The position numbers were made by a program, and so were the translations under genes. The notes under the pieces were generated by a model. That model did no database searches, was not told where the DNA came from, and worked only from the letters and a program-made list of their open reading frames with translations. A stretch of 64,000 bases of DNA from Podarcis bocagei (taxonomy: Eukaryota): the NCBI GenBank assembly GCA_964188305.1, contig OZ076886.1; one strand, written 5' to 3'. This document shows positions 12,111 to 25,874 of this stretch, piece after piece. Numbering within the stretch: position 1 is the first letter of the stretch; each line of letters starts with the position of its first letter.

Positions 12111-15100
12111 TGAAGAAATGCTCACACCATTTTGTAGATTTCTTTTTTTAAGAAAGAAAAAGTTATTGGGAGTCTGAGCACTCCCCTACAGTACAAGGCA
12201 AGCGTGGGCATGTTCAGCTAGCCCTATTTTTAACCCAACAAGCTCTACCCACATTTTCTTCATCTCCCACACTAATGACCCCTATCATTTCATGAAATTT
12301 CGTCTAGCGGCTTATTTGATAGATTTGCTTTAAACCATTATTTGAACTCTGTGCAGCGGACGGCTTCTGTGCTGGAACCCGCACATCTAATAAATGTTTT
12401 CTAAGTAGTAGAAGCTGCCTTGTGCCAAAATCAGCCCACTGGCCCATCTTGCTCAGCACTGCCTGCAACACTTGACTGCCAGCAACTCCACAGGCTGGCA
12501 GGTGAGACACTTTTTCAACCTTGCTAGCGGTACAAGCAATTGAATTTGGGACCTTCAATGCACACAGAAGTATATGCTCTGCCACTGAGCTATGGCCCTT
12601 TCCAAAGACCCAACGTGAAGAGCTGTATTCTGTGGCCATGGTACCCACAGCCTGAGTTGAGAAGGCTGGGGAAGAGCAGATTCAGCTTTCCTTTCTGAAG
12701 CACTCTCACTGACCAGAACGCTTTGAAGCAAGTTTGCAAAAGGCAGCAGAATTCTGTTAAGTTTTGTGGCCCTCCAGGTGTCACTAGGCTCCAATTCCCG
12801 TAAGTCTGAGCCAGAATGGTCAGGAACAGTCAAGAATGATGGGAGCTGTAGGTCAGCATTTTACAATCTTTTTGCTAGATCTGAAAAACAAAGGAATGGG
12901 CTTCACCTTTTCTCAATTTTAATGTATCTGGCACACCTTTGGATTTAATTCAGCTACTTGGGCATACAGAGAAAATAATTCTAAATGTTCAGGGTTCCAC
13001 ATAGCCTGAAACAGGAGGCCAGCAGTACTATTCAAGATTCACATATTTTTGCTTTCCCACATGTTATAAACATTCCCCGAGTCTGCTATAAATGCTAACT
13101 TGCCCAGGGTTCAAGGCTGGTTGCCAATCCTGAACCCAAGTGTTTTATTGAGATATATGTATGAATGTGTGCATATATTGTTTCTGGGAAGGCAGCACTC
13201 ACCAATATGGAGTGCAGGCACCTTTTGCTGCCAAGGTAGCCATTTGGTGCTGGTACCCACAGCACTTTTATCAAGACATGAGTACGAGCACCTTTTTTTT
13301 TTTTAATTACCAAAATAGAGGAATATATAGGGTGAAAATATTTTAGCCTCATGGCATGCATCCCCCAACCTCCCCCTCTGCTTGCCACTTTTAACTGACA
13401 CCATCATTCTATGGCTCAACAGCCTGCAGCCATAGACATAATTGCTAGACTAACGCAGCATGCCCAACTTCCAATCTGACCCACTTTTTCCATCCTCCAG
13501 GGCAGAACTAAGAGCTGCTCACATAAAACAATGAAGGAAACCCAGGATTTTAACATTGCTGTAAATGGACAGCAACAGCAGCATGGCCCCCACCCTGGCC
13601 CCCAACCCCCTCCCAGAAGAGGCTAGCAGCAAAAAGACAGCACCTCTTACTTTTGGGGTGCAACATGAACCTAGAATTTCCCTCTTCCGACAGAGATGAA
13701 CTGCACCAGTAAATAGTCTATTTTTCTGTATGTCACTGACATTCCAAAGGTCTTAAAATGCCCACCGTGCTTTTTTTCTCTTTTCAAAAAGTTGTTCTCT
13801 CTTTCAGCTCAGAAACTTACATACTTCTGCATGTCTCCCAGAGAGTCCTCTGAGTATGCAGAAATCATTACTTTATTTTTGGGTGCCCCTTGTTTCCTTT
13901 AAGACGGTTGCCTTCATGAGATCTGAAGTGCATAGGGCGGGGCTGCGGAATCAGTTAAAGTGGGCCACCCATAAGCCTCAGCCAATATGGTTAATGGTCT
14001 GGGATTATGGGAGTTATAGTCCAGCAACTTCTGGGGGACACAGGCTCCCCACCCCAGCTTTAGGGCTTCAGCAAATTTCTGTTGCAGATTAAGATACCCA
14101 ATATATGTGTGAAAATATCCTTTCTATGACCACTAGAGGGCTCTTCTACCTTTCTTGTAATAGGTTTCTTACGCTAGCTGCTGCGAGAGACAGTATGCTG
14201 TATACAAGACTGGGTTGGCCCAAGGGGGTTGGATTCTCCAGCCATTTCCCTTCCTAATTATGCTCCCCTCCCCACACATCTTCAACTGCTGTTGCAGCCA
14301 GAATTGCAGATGACAACAGAACAAGAAATTGGTTGGCTGAATAGAAGCAACAGGGGGGAAAGAGCAGAAACACACCATTTGCCTCATTACGACAAAGCCC
14401 CAGGTGTTAAAAGCATCTCTTGCCACAGAAATAACTCTCCATTACACCATTTGAGCTGAGAGCACCCCTTAAAGAGTGAACCCGATGAAGGCATTTTCTA
14501 TTCACATTGACTCCCTGAATCCAGTTTATGGAACTAATCGACCATGTCCAATTGCACAAGAGCCTCACAGACTGACCTGTGCCAAGATAAACACCAGAGC
14601 ATAGGGGACTAATAGAGATGCAGCCCTAGTAATCTTTCAAAGCCTCCGGTATCTCCTTCTTCTCCCACTGTATCCAAAACACAACTACTAGGCTGCATTG
14701 CTGGCAGATAAACTGAGCGCAGGGCACTCAAGCAACATAGGCAGGCACTCTCTTTAACTGTGCCGATCTCCACCATGCACGCTTTCGTCCTCAAAGAGTT
14801 TTCCCACCAGGCTTATTCACCACGCAGAAGCTGTTCGCATCAGACACACGAATTCACCTCTTTTCTCTCTGCACTTCGGAGATCAGCAAAGCAGCAGCCA
14901 AGGTGGAGCACCTTCAACAGAGGGGCACCTCGAGAAAAGCTGCAGGAGCTGAAAGTTCAGTGCTAATCCACATGAAATACAATTTGCATATGATTTACAT
15001 GAGCATGGCAAATTAGAGCATCGTATGATGGACGTGCTATATATATATATATATATTTAAAAAAACCTTATTTTGTGCTTCCTATGGAGAAGGCCACCTC

Positions 15101-17404
15101 CAAATGCTATTTTAGCTGCTCTGCAGCTTAGGTCACAGTCCTCTCGGAAAATACTTGGTGGAAATGCTTATGATTAAGCCGCATATAAACGCCTTAAGAA
15201 TAAACAAATGGAAGGGAATACAAAAGAAAAGCTGCACTAGGGAATAAAAGCCCCAGTGTTATTGACGGAACACATTTTGTGGAACCACACATGCTTCAAA
15301 TAATTGTTGGTATGGCACCATTTGCATTCCCAGGCAGATGGTATCTTCTGCATGGAGTAAAAACAAGGTCCAGGCTGCTCAAGGAGATGAACTGCACTCC
15401 CTATCAGAAGGGAAGCTGAAGTAACTGTAGGCTACTAGGCATTCTGGCCATACAAGGGGGAAAAGACTACAGGCAATAAACTTGTACACAAACACATCTA
15501 CATGCAGTGCCAGGAAATAAATAAAAAAATGCAAAGCAGGAAATCGTGGGAGAGAGCTGAACAGTCCTTGTTGCTTGTGAGGAGACCCTCCCTAGAGCCT
15601 GAAAAAGACATCAGTGACGGCGGAGGAAGCCCCAAAGAGACACACAGCCTCCCTCCCTAACAGCTGATGGGCGGGGTACTGCAGCAGCCACAGCCGTCAC
15701 CACTACTTGCCTGCGTGTCCTCCAGCCTCCAACCAGCCCCAGAGCTGATATTTTAGTCTGCATTGTAGAGAGAGCTGGAGAGCAGGGGAAAGCAGGCGTT
15801 CAGAGGCTTTTCAGAGGGTGCTCCCCACTTACACGATTTTTGCTTATGTGCGTGGGCCCTGAAACATAATCTCTGCCTAAGTAGGGGGGACACCCATATA
15901 GCAATAGGGCACATGCAACTGAAAAACCTCTGGGCCTCCAGATATTGCTCACCTCCAGCTCCCATTGTCCCTTACCACTGGCCATGCTGGCTGGGGCCGA
16001 TGCGAGTAAAAAGTCCAAGAACAGCTGGAGGGCCCCAGGTCCCCCACCCCTGCTTTACATGCAGAAGGCTCCAGGCTCAATCTCTAGTATCTCCAAGTAG
16101 GTTGGGAAAGACCTGTCTGAAATCCTGTAAAGGTGCTCCCAGTCAGTATAGACTAGAGATGGGAACCTGTGGCCATCCATGCTGTTGGGCCACAACTCTC
16201 ATCATCCCTGGTCATTGGTCATGCCAGCTGGGACTGATGGAAGATGGAGTCCAACATCTGGAGGGCCACAGGGACTCCATCCCTAAATTAGACTGACCAA
16301 TTGTCTGCTTTGGTGGAAGGTAGCTTCCTGTGTTCCTGACACACATACACTAGCCTCCCATTAGAACTTCTGGTTGGGCCCAGATAAAAATCCCCATCTT
16401 CCAGAAGTTAAACTTCAATTGGAAGGAGCAGGACCTTTCCAGCAGGTTTGGAATGAGTTCCCAGAAGAAGTGTGGCAATGATTTTCACAGTGACATTTTA
16501 GAAATGCAAGGAAAACATCTTTTTGCAGGACTGTAGGGAAGCAGTCTGCGTGGGATTCTTATTTGTACTGATCTGCTGCATCTGAACATTGCCACCTCAA
16601 TGTTCCTCATTTAATGTTTTACTGGTTTTGTTTCACCACTTTATCACTCTGGGTCTTTTCAGCATTAATTCAGATATGAAATTAGAATTTAATCTCGCTC
16701 CTGCACTGCTAGCAACTGGAGACGGAAACCAATATATTCTCCAACACAAGGGGCCTCCCTCCTCACAAGGTTTCCAAAACAACAACAAAAAAGCATCATC
16801 ACTTGGCTAACAAGTCTCTTGAGGGGCAAGTGTTGGCTTTGGTGCGTAACTTGTATGTTATCTCAGAGGGATCTTAAACATCCTAAGAGCCTTGGCCATA
16901 GGCAAGCACAGGCCAGCCCGATGTTCTCAATACACTGCCTTGCATTCTCCTGTCTTTTTCAGTGGCTAAACAGGAACAGACGCCATTGTAATCTCTCTAG
17001 TATAGAAAGCCAGTCAGCAAAAGGATGGGATACAGACTGGCAGATTTAGGGCAGATCCATGCCATACCCTTGAAGCACAACCAACACACAGTTAAAGCAC
17101 ATAACTTCCTCCGAGGAATCCTGGAATATGTAGTTGAAGGTACTGGGGGGGGGGGAGAAATAGAGTTCCCAGGATTCTTTTGGGAAAGTCATGCAATTTA
17201 AATGTGTGTTGGGATGTATGGTGTGCATGTGCCCTTAATTTCTAAGCCAAGTGCAGGTAATCTGGTTCTATAACCTCATGCCCTCAACACTTCTAAGAAA
17301 TATCCTATGACCAGTAAACCAATGCCTGCAATTGGAATCAACCATGGGACAGATTTATGCAAATTTCATTTTGCTTGTGATACTTTTGAGGATGTAAAAT
17401 ACTT

Positions 17405-17640
17405 ATTTTTTTATTTCTTATTACATTTATATCTCGCTCTTCTTCCAAGGAGCTCAGGGCACCATACACAATTCTATTATCCCCCTTTCTCCAATTATAC
17501 TAACAAAAGTTGTGAGCAGATTAGGCTAAGAGTCACTGATCCAAGGTCACCCAGTGGGTTTCATAGCTGAGTGGGGATTAGAACCCAGGGTCTCCCCAGT
17601 CCAAGTCCAATACAGTAACACTACATCACAATGGCTCTAT
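17405..17640 (-). mobile_element. Old MIR-like SINE remnant
   Basis: CCAAGGTCACCCAGTGGGTTTCATAGCTGAGTGGGGATTAGAACCC with a T-rich tail. Confidence 0.6.
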
Positions 17641-18895
17641 TTTTTTTTGGCGGCTGAAACAGGAAGTCTCATGACATCTCAGCTCAGCCATGACATCTGT
17701 GAACATGGTCCTAATAAGTGACAGGACAGTGTTTCTGAGAAAAAGCATGGTGCAGTTTCTTCACCAATAGGCTGCCCATCACCCTGTAACTGAGATTGTA
17801 GTGACCAGGTCAGAAGGTGTAACAACAGACATTAATGGGGGAGAAAGAAAGGCCTCTAGAGAAGACCAGTGGTCAAAGTGAGCAGGCATAGGTTTCCAGG
17901 GGAAAATGTTTTCACCTGCCATTTGTCACTGAAAGCCAAATTAGATGTAACACTTAAATGCACCATTAGGAAGCCAGTCAGTTAAAAAAAAAAAGAGAGG
18001 GAAGTTTAACCTTTCCCTCCTACCCCACAAATGATGAGCCTTCTCCACCCTTGCCACTCCCATGAGTTTGGAATACTGATAAAATGTTAGAATTCCAGGA
18101 AACAAGAGAACCTGCTTCAAGACTCATCCATATCCTAAGTGTTTATCAGAATCTAAACAGCTATTTCTGATACTTCATCACAACCTTGAGGGCTAGACAT
18201 TTTATTTAAATACAACCATGTCCAATGGAATGGGTGAAAGTTATCAGAATTTGCTTTAGATGGCTTGTCAGCAAGGAGCACACTCTTGAGCATGTTGATC
18301 CTTAAGACTTCTCCTAATTGACCCTCCTTACTCTTTATGGTGCCAACACCTTTGATTTTTGAGGCTTTGAATCTACTACTTAGAATAAACTGGTAGATTC
18401 TTCCTTCATATAAGCATTTAAAACAGCAATTAGGATGGTAATAGCAGCAAGAAAGCTCAGCTCAAACTACGACGTGCTGCAAATTCATAAAGCAAAAATG
18501 GTACCCTTAGAGAGAAAACAGCAGCTCTGAGCATCTTTTGTTCAACGCTCAAGGTTCTTTAACTGGAAATAAAAGGGGATAAATTCTGGAGTTAGTGGAA
18601 ACATAATTCATCAGGAATAACTCCCCCAAGGCTAACCATTTAAATAGTTTCTACATATGTCTATGACAGTCAGAGCTGATTTGTTGTGGGGGCTGCATGT
18701 GAGTACAAACCCATCTGCTCAAAAATTTACTGTGCCACATTCAGCGTCACAGATAGATCCATGTATGTCTTTGTCTTTAGAGCCCTTTTCTCACCATACA
18801 TTTCTTGAAAGAAGCAGCTGTCTAATAAACACAGGGAGCGAGGGAGAAAGCAGACAGCAGTCCGTTCACCCACCCAGGACCCCGTGGTTCCTTAC

Positions 18896-18902
18896 CATCC
18901 AT
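18896..18902 (-). CDS. PRKACA: Candidate short alternative first coding exon end (ATG GAT G | GTAAGG), giving MD-VKEF...
   Basis: Good donor at 18895, correct phase 1 for exon 2, in-frame upstream stop at 18971-18969; located between the long exon and exon 2; no expression evidence. Confidence 0.4.
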
Positions 18903-20964
18903 TCGGTTGCCCTCAACCCCAAGGGTCCACCTGGTGACCTGGCTGTTTCCGTAGCTGCAACCATACAGTTAAAAGGTCAAAACGGGTGGCGGGGAAGGGC
19001 TGACCCGACGGCTCATGGGGGACTTTGCCCCTGGAGGCAAAAGCAAACACGGCCCCCGCCTGGAGCTCAACTTCTCCTGGAAGCGAAAGAGAGTCCCCAG
19101 CCAGCAAAGGGCTGAGCGCAGCTCCAGGGCACGCCTGTTTCGCCTTCTCTCCCTTTCCTTCGACTGCATCAGTGTAGGCCACCGTTATAGCCAGCAGGAG
19201 TGATCTACCATAGCACCTGGAAAGGCTCCTCTGGAACACCTGATGCTTATTCAGACACAGCAGGCTCCACCTTGAAGATCCACCATACACGGAGCTCCTG
19301 AGATTCCAAGTGGAGTGAGGCTTGAACTAGACCATGCCAACGTGGCCTCTGCCTAGAGATGAGGTCGAGAGAGTCATCGCAGATGCTGTGCAAACCATTC
19401 CCCCCCCAGTGTAACACTTCCCCGAAGTCCAGAAACAACTGTTCTGTAAGTGGGACAGCTGGTTACGAAACAATGCTGGGGGGGAGAAGGGGGGCAGGGG
19501 ATGGCAATGCAAAGAGAAAGAGAGGAGGAGGTGGCGGCGAGAAAGATACTGCCAGTCACCAAAGGCGGCTCATTCACAAGCCTATCACAAAAGGCTGCCG
19601 TAGATCCTCCCCCCGTGCCCTGTAAAGACCAGCCTGCATGCACTCACCCTTCTTGTTTTCCAGATTAAAAGAGGAAAGGTAGCGGTGCACTTGCTTGTTT
19701 TCAAGTGGTGACTATACATCTCTTTTCTATTCCTTAAGAGGGGAAAGTAAGCAGAGAAAGTAAAAGCCCAAGTCTCCAGCTGGTGCCGAGAGAAACCCCT
19801 TCCTTTTGTTCCCTCGGAATGAAAACATTTTATCAGCCCAGCCGTGAGATTTTCATTCTGCCATTAGTGATCTCAGTTCCACCATGAGCTCCTGCTTCAC
19901 TCACCCTCATTACTTGTTAGGTTTTTACTTTGATGTGTGTGAGTGAAGTGTCATGCGGCTGCTGAAAAAGAGAGGAAGCCCCAAAGATTGAAAAGGAATC
20001 GCCTCTTAACCCAGCCACCCCAGATCAGATCCTAAAAACAAACACCAGAACAGAAAGCAAGTTCAAGCACATGCTTGCCAAGAACAGATAGCCCTGTGTC
20101 TCTTTTCGTTAATAGAAACAGGTTAACACAGGCTTAAAGTAACCTATACAAGAGCAGCTCCTAATCCAAAAGAAAATACCAAGGGATGAGAGGAGAGAGG
20201 CTTGTTTACATGGCCTGCAAGTGATGACCAGTGAGATAATAAGGCATGACAGCTACACCACAATTGCCAATTTACTAGAAGATTAAGCATATGCAGCTAC
20301 CCAGCACAGGACTCTCTTGAGGTGGTGGCCCAACAGAAGTAGCTAGAGATAGTAGCAGTACTCACGTGGAAATACGAAGTTGAATGAAATCTACAACATA
20401 GACACACACATATATATTTGAGGAGATAAAAGCAGTCCTATCCAGCACAAGTACAATGAGATGCCAGAAGGCCTAAGGCTTCACATTGCTCCCTCAAGTC
20501 AGAGCTGGACTAATTTCTCAAGAGAAAAGCAGAACAGTGATTTCAGAAGGAATGACTGCTCAGTAGCTGAGCTAAAGATAACCTCCATACAGAGGATGCT
20601 CAAAGATCAGCCCAACCTTCTCAGAGCATCTCATAAGCAAGGATGAATCAAAAGCAAACACCCCCCCCCAGCTTTTGCTTTTCGAGCATCAGCTGTTCTG
20701 AGTCTGTCTCAGAATTTTGTAATAGCCCCTGTGAAGAGCATCCAATGATTTCTGGCAGCATATGGGAAGGAGGCTCTGTCTGAAAGTGCCAGGTTCTGAA
20801 TGCATCTGACGGAATGATGGTCAGCAGGCTCCAAGAATACTGGAAGGGAGGGAGATACCATCAAACAACTGATGGCGTCAGTCCTTGGTTTCTTCATTTC
20901 AGGAGCGGGCCAGGCTAGCCAGGAGCACTTCTTACTGAAGTCTATTCAATGGGAAGGTGACTAC

Positions 20965-21180
20965 CCAACTGGACAATTTTTAATTTATATATTTCTACTG
21001 CATCAGACCAACACCTACCTGAATCTAGAACCATGGAAGGTACCACATTGAGCCCCATGAAATGCAAGTCCATCAACCTCACAAGGTATCGGAAGAAGTC
21101 TGCATGTACATGAAAGCTCATACCAAGAACAAACTTATCGGTAGTTGGTCTCTAAGGTGCTACTGGACAATTTTTTATTT
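20965..21180 (+). mobile_element. Penelope-like element pLTR fragments with a degenerate hammerhead
   Basis: GAAAGCTCATACCAAGAAC...GTTGGTCTCTAAGGTGCTACTGGA; hammerhead core mutated (CGGAAGA). Confidence 0.7.
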
Positions 21181-21489
21181 TTTAAATATATTTATACCCC
21201 ACTTTCAGACATGGCAAACATCCTTCCAACCTTCAGACACACATGGAAATGTTTCACCTGTAAAGTAGTGCAAAGGACTACAGTTGGAGACAAAACAGCA
21301 TGGCATACTTCTTGATGGATCAGACCACCCTAGAAGGCCAATTACCAACAGGTTCCAAGGTGAGTAATGGTTTCCTTTAGTGCTGCAGGCACAGTTACAT
21401 TTTTTTAAACCTATTTGGTCTGAAATTGTTTGAGCACTACATGCCATCTTTTTTAGAATTTATGATCTCCAAAAGGGGGGGGGGGATCA

Positions 21490-22300
21490 TGACCATCCCT
21501 ACCATGTAACAAGGTAGAGTTCTGCTGTATGTGGCACCAAAGGGACAGTGATGAAGAGATGGATGAAGGCAAGAATCTGTATCTGAATAGGTGGCAAAGA
21601 CATTTTAAAATGCTGACCCTAGTCGACACAATTCGGGTTCCACTTGAGGCAGCAAAATGCCTAGGGTTGGCACAAGAGAGATTCCCAGAAGACCCCAAGA
21701 ATGTCACACCAAATGATGACTTGCAATCATGGAGAACACAGGTGTTCCAGGCAGCTGCATTTCTCATAACAGAGCTCCCTTTCTCTAAGGGTCAGACAGT
21801 AGAAGCAATGCAAGATGCCCCCATTTGCACCATCAGTCAGAGCCAGATATTAAGGTAGGTTGACTTCCTTTCAACTTTGTTTTGGAGGTCCCATTTCCTG
21901 CCCTGATCATATTAGGAAAGAACATCAGGCTTTGATTGCTATCATAGATTCTCCTTCCAAAACATTTTTCCAGCCAACACTTTTCAAAAAGCTAATGCTC
22001 TTTTTGAAGCTTTCAGCTGTTAAACATTCATTGCTATTCTGCTGCCCTTCCTCTTCCTATTTCAGGATCATGGACTTCAGCAGTTCATAGTTACTTTCTT
22101 TTACATAGCCAACTGTTTTCACAGACTCAAACATTTCCTTCCTATTAGTCAGATTCTGATCTAAAAATAGCATGTCCCTCATTGTTTCCTCAACTTTCTG
22201 AAGGAGAAGTTTGTTGAGAACAAGTAAGAACCCTGTTTATGTATTCCATTTAAAATATGGCAAAAGTGCTTTTGTACTTCTACTTGATATGGAATTTTTT
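21490..22300 (-). mobile_element. Degenerate CR1 LINE endonuclease/RT fragment
   Basis: Minus strand carries a decayed TRG.AILDLILTN-like CR1 endonuclease motif near 22140-22200. Confidence 0.55.
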
Positions 22301-25300
22301 TGCTAGTGCAGTCCAGTCCTGGGAGCAGCCAACGTGGAAGCTTACATGCTCAGTGGAGGAATCTGGAGTTTTGCTGTTGCTCTCGCTGTCTTCATTGTCT
22401 CCTCTCAGCAGCCACCAAACCCTTTCTATCATAATACTGCTCCCTTTCTCACTTAAGATTGGACATTGTTTTTTCCTCGCAAATTTCATTCTCTTGCATT
22501 TCCAGAATCTATGGCTCTTGGGCAGGTGTATCAATAAGAAACAATGACACCATTCAACACTGGCATTCAAGCTGCCAGCCCCTGGCTCACTTCCAGAATA
22601 GTCACCAGTTGGCGTTCTATGCACACAGAACCCATTCTGTGCTTGTGGGCAGTGGCAGGGGGCAGAGGCTCCACAAAGCACATTCACTGCTTTAGCACTG
22701 GCTATGATCATCTGCTTGTACGCAGCTCTTTTTTTTTTTTTTTAAGAGCCTATAGAGCACAAGTCTCTTGTTAGGGCCCTTCAATGGTTTTTTTTTTTTT
22801 ATGCAATGAGTATGCAGTTGCAACTCGTGTCATGTGCAGTTGAGATGCCTTTCTCAGAAGCTGTGCTTCTGTTCCAAGAGTTACTGCACTTTGCCAGTGA
22901 TGGCACTTACTATTTATGCCTGGGAAAAGCAATTCTTCCCGTGCATAGGAGTCTTTGGTGCTATTACTACTGTGTGCAGTGGGGCTGAGCAAATACTACC
23001 AGCACCTGCCACTGGATAGGTGCAGTGTTATAAGTGACCATTCCATTCCTACCTCCCACCCAGTCCCACTATAATACTCCTACCTTTATGGCTGAAAGAT
23101 TCCTGCCATACAGTTGCTTTTAAATTATACTCCATTTTTCAAGGAAGGCCAGGGAGTAGCATATATGGTTCTCCCTGCTCCCTCCGCATTTATCCTCCTA
23201 AGTACCCTGTAAGGTAAGTTAAGCAGGAAGAGCTACTGGCTTAGGACAACCCAGTGAGCTTCATGGTTGAGCAGTGACTTGAACGTGAGTCTTGTTCCCT
23301 CTTGAGCAGCTTTCCAAGAGATGTATTCCAGAGAGGAAGCAGGACCAGAAGCAAGAAGTAGGTGGAGCGACAGATGCAGCTCTTACTACCTTTGTATAGA
23401 GGTTGCATTCTGACCATGCAGAAGCCACATCATGCAGAAGCTGACCATGCAAAAGTACACATCTCTCCATCCCAATGAGGAAGTGGGATCATCACAGTTC
23501 AAGGATGCATTCCAGCCAGCAAAAGCACTTGAGGAAGGCATGAAGCAGGGCTGGTGAGATGTGTGGACTGAGGAGGAGAGGCAAGGGGTTTGAGAGGGTG
23601 GTGGCTTCTCAAATCTAGCTAATCAATCTTTCTTCTGGCCAAGTTTTGCTACCAATGCTGCTTTGGTCACCATAAAACTGACCAATAAAATGTAGCCCAA
23701 TTCAAAAAAGACAAAAGTTTTGTTGGTAAGTGGTACGATGATCAAAGAGTTTGTAATTTGCCCTTTTGCAATACTACCTCAAAGATGAGGTTCAAAGACA
23801 GGCAATGTTAAGTGCTCAAGTCCTCAACTAGGCAGGCAAAAATTACTGATAGTAGCAAATACAGTACAGGGCAGTTGCTTTAGGAAGTAGGTGACAAAAG
23901 TGGATGACAACAGACATGCCCCTCTATTGCTGTGCTTATAAGACCCTAAAGCAAAGCATCAAAATTACAAAATTAAGGCAAGAAGCTCATTGAGAACATC
24001 TTCCACTAAGTTATATGTGCAGAATGAAGACATTTTAGATACTGGAGGAGGTACCTTGAGACATATTGCAAGAACAAAAAGTATCAAAGCAGAAAGCAGG
24101 TGCAGTCAGAATAATTTAACACAGCACCCAGAGAAAAAAGGTTGAGCACTCATCTCTCTTCAATCCTGAAGCCTTTATCTCAGCTACAGGTTGCTTTCAT
24201 ATCAGTCTGTCATGTTCTGTAAGAGGCCCACCTACAGGAGAGAGACACTGGTTTTCCACCCTTCAACCACAATGCCCCAGTGGTCTAGAAGATGAAGGAC
24301 AAAGTAGCTTTGCCAGAGGCCCAGAACACAGTGACCCTAATCAATTTCCCTGGGAATAGATTGAACAGCCAGCCATGTCCCTAACACGGCTGCGCTCAAT
24401 AGGAAACTGCAGCCGATTCAGGCTAAGAACCAAAATTAGCAGGCAAGCAGTGAGTCAAACAGCACCTCCCACCAGCTATTGTTTAGCACTTGCCCATCAG
24501 CTATTGCAGAGCCGAGGGTGCCAGCCCAACTTAGGCTTCAAAGGGGCATTCTATTCCACAGTGTTGTGAACTTGCCATAGCATAAGATAGGGAAGGTACA
24601 AGGGAAAGGGGGCAGGGAGAGGGAGAGAAAAAGCAGCAAGCCTTCCTACAAAAAGTAAGGATTCTTAACTTCAATGCCTTCTTGCACTATGATTTAACAA
24701 GATAACCATTCAATGCATGTACCAATCACACTTCTCCTGCAACACTAGATGCACAATTGCCATGAGAATAATATGCAGTCCTCGCATCAACCAGGCCACA
24801 CGGAGAAGTGGGGTTGCTGCTGCTTTATGCCTTGTCTTCAAGAGAGGCAAACTAATCTTTCAAGTTGTCCTAGAGCCTAAAGCACAGTGGGAGAAATCAA
24901 TATTCTTAAATCAACAGTACCAAGACCTAGGAAGCAAAGGACCAGACCACTTGAACATATTTACACTTGGGAACATAATTCATCTCACTGAATGCGTACG
25001 TCACAAATCTTGCAGGAATTTCTCATAAACAGCTCTACCTAGCTGCCAACCTTTCCAAGTCTGCACAGGTTTTAACTATGCATCTGATTGTTACTGAGGG
25101 AAGGGAATCCCTGGGAATAGAGACAACATGTGTTGCCCAAATTACAAGTCCCTTTGACATCTGCTCTATATAACTGGCATGGGAAGGCTTTGGTGGGCTT
25201 TAGGAAACCTGGAGAAGCAACTGGTCCTGCTAACACTAAGCTTGCAGGAGTGATCAATAAAGGAAGTCTGCCACATTTCAGCCAGGAGTACCAATAACTC

Positions 25301-25737
25301 ATAGTCCTTGTCTAAATGAAATTGGCCAGCCAACCTAGCTCTAAGGGCGCAGATGATTAAGGCCTAAAATTTCACTGACAGATGCACTCTATGCATCTTC
25401 CCCAGTGGGTGGATGCCAGGTGGTTGACAAGTAACATACTTGCTTATTGTTGCTTAGGCATTTAGGGTTGCCAAGCTAATATAAGCTCAAAGACAGTCAC
25501 ATTTAAACCTGGATTTGGACAGGGCAAGGTAGGAAAGCAAATCCAGTCAACAGTTCTGGAGAAGATGACACAAATCTAGAGAACACCTTGTTTGAAAGGA
25601 CATAGGACATCTCTGAAAAACAGACACAAATTTTTCAGTGCTTAGCAGGATAGACAAAACCCACCCTGATTTAACTAGCATGCTTTCTTTATGAGGATTT
25701 AATAAACATGAAATACAGGGATCACTGTTAGATCCAG

Positions 25738-25874
25738 TTACAGATGGGTAGCCGTGTTGGTCTGCCATAGTCCAAATAAAAAAATTCCTTCCTGTAGCAC
25801 CTTAAAGACCAACTAAGTTAGTTCTTGGTATAAGCTTTCGTGTGCATGCACACTTCTTCAGATACACTGTGTAT
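25738..25874 (-). mobile_element. Penelope-like element pLTR fragment
   Basis: Same family as the 21.1 kb and 45.7 kb copies; flanked by 13-bp direct repeat CTGTTAGATCCAG (25725-25737, 25875-25887); terminal inversion CAGATACAC-T-GTGTATCTG. Confidence 0.8.
25828..25865 (-). ncRNA. Minimal type I hammerhead ribozyme motif
   Basis: GUAU-CUGAAGA-A-GUGUG CAUG CACAC-GAAA-GC-U-U-AUAC: intact core, stem II, 4-bp stem I, palindromic stem III. Confidence 0.65.

Noticed and set aside
13651-13666. ATG TTG CAC CCC AAA A|GTAAGA, a phase-1 mini first exon (MLHPK-MKEF)
   Set aside because: Formally compatible with exon 2, but weak Kozak, no promoter context, and such hits are expected by chance in 46 kb; only RNA-seq could rescue it
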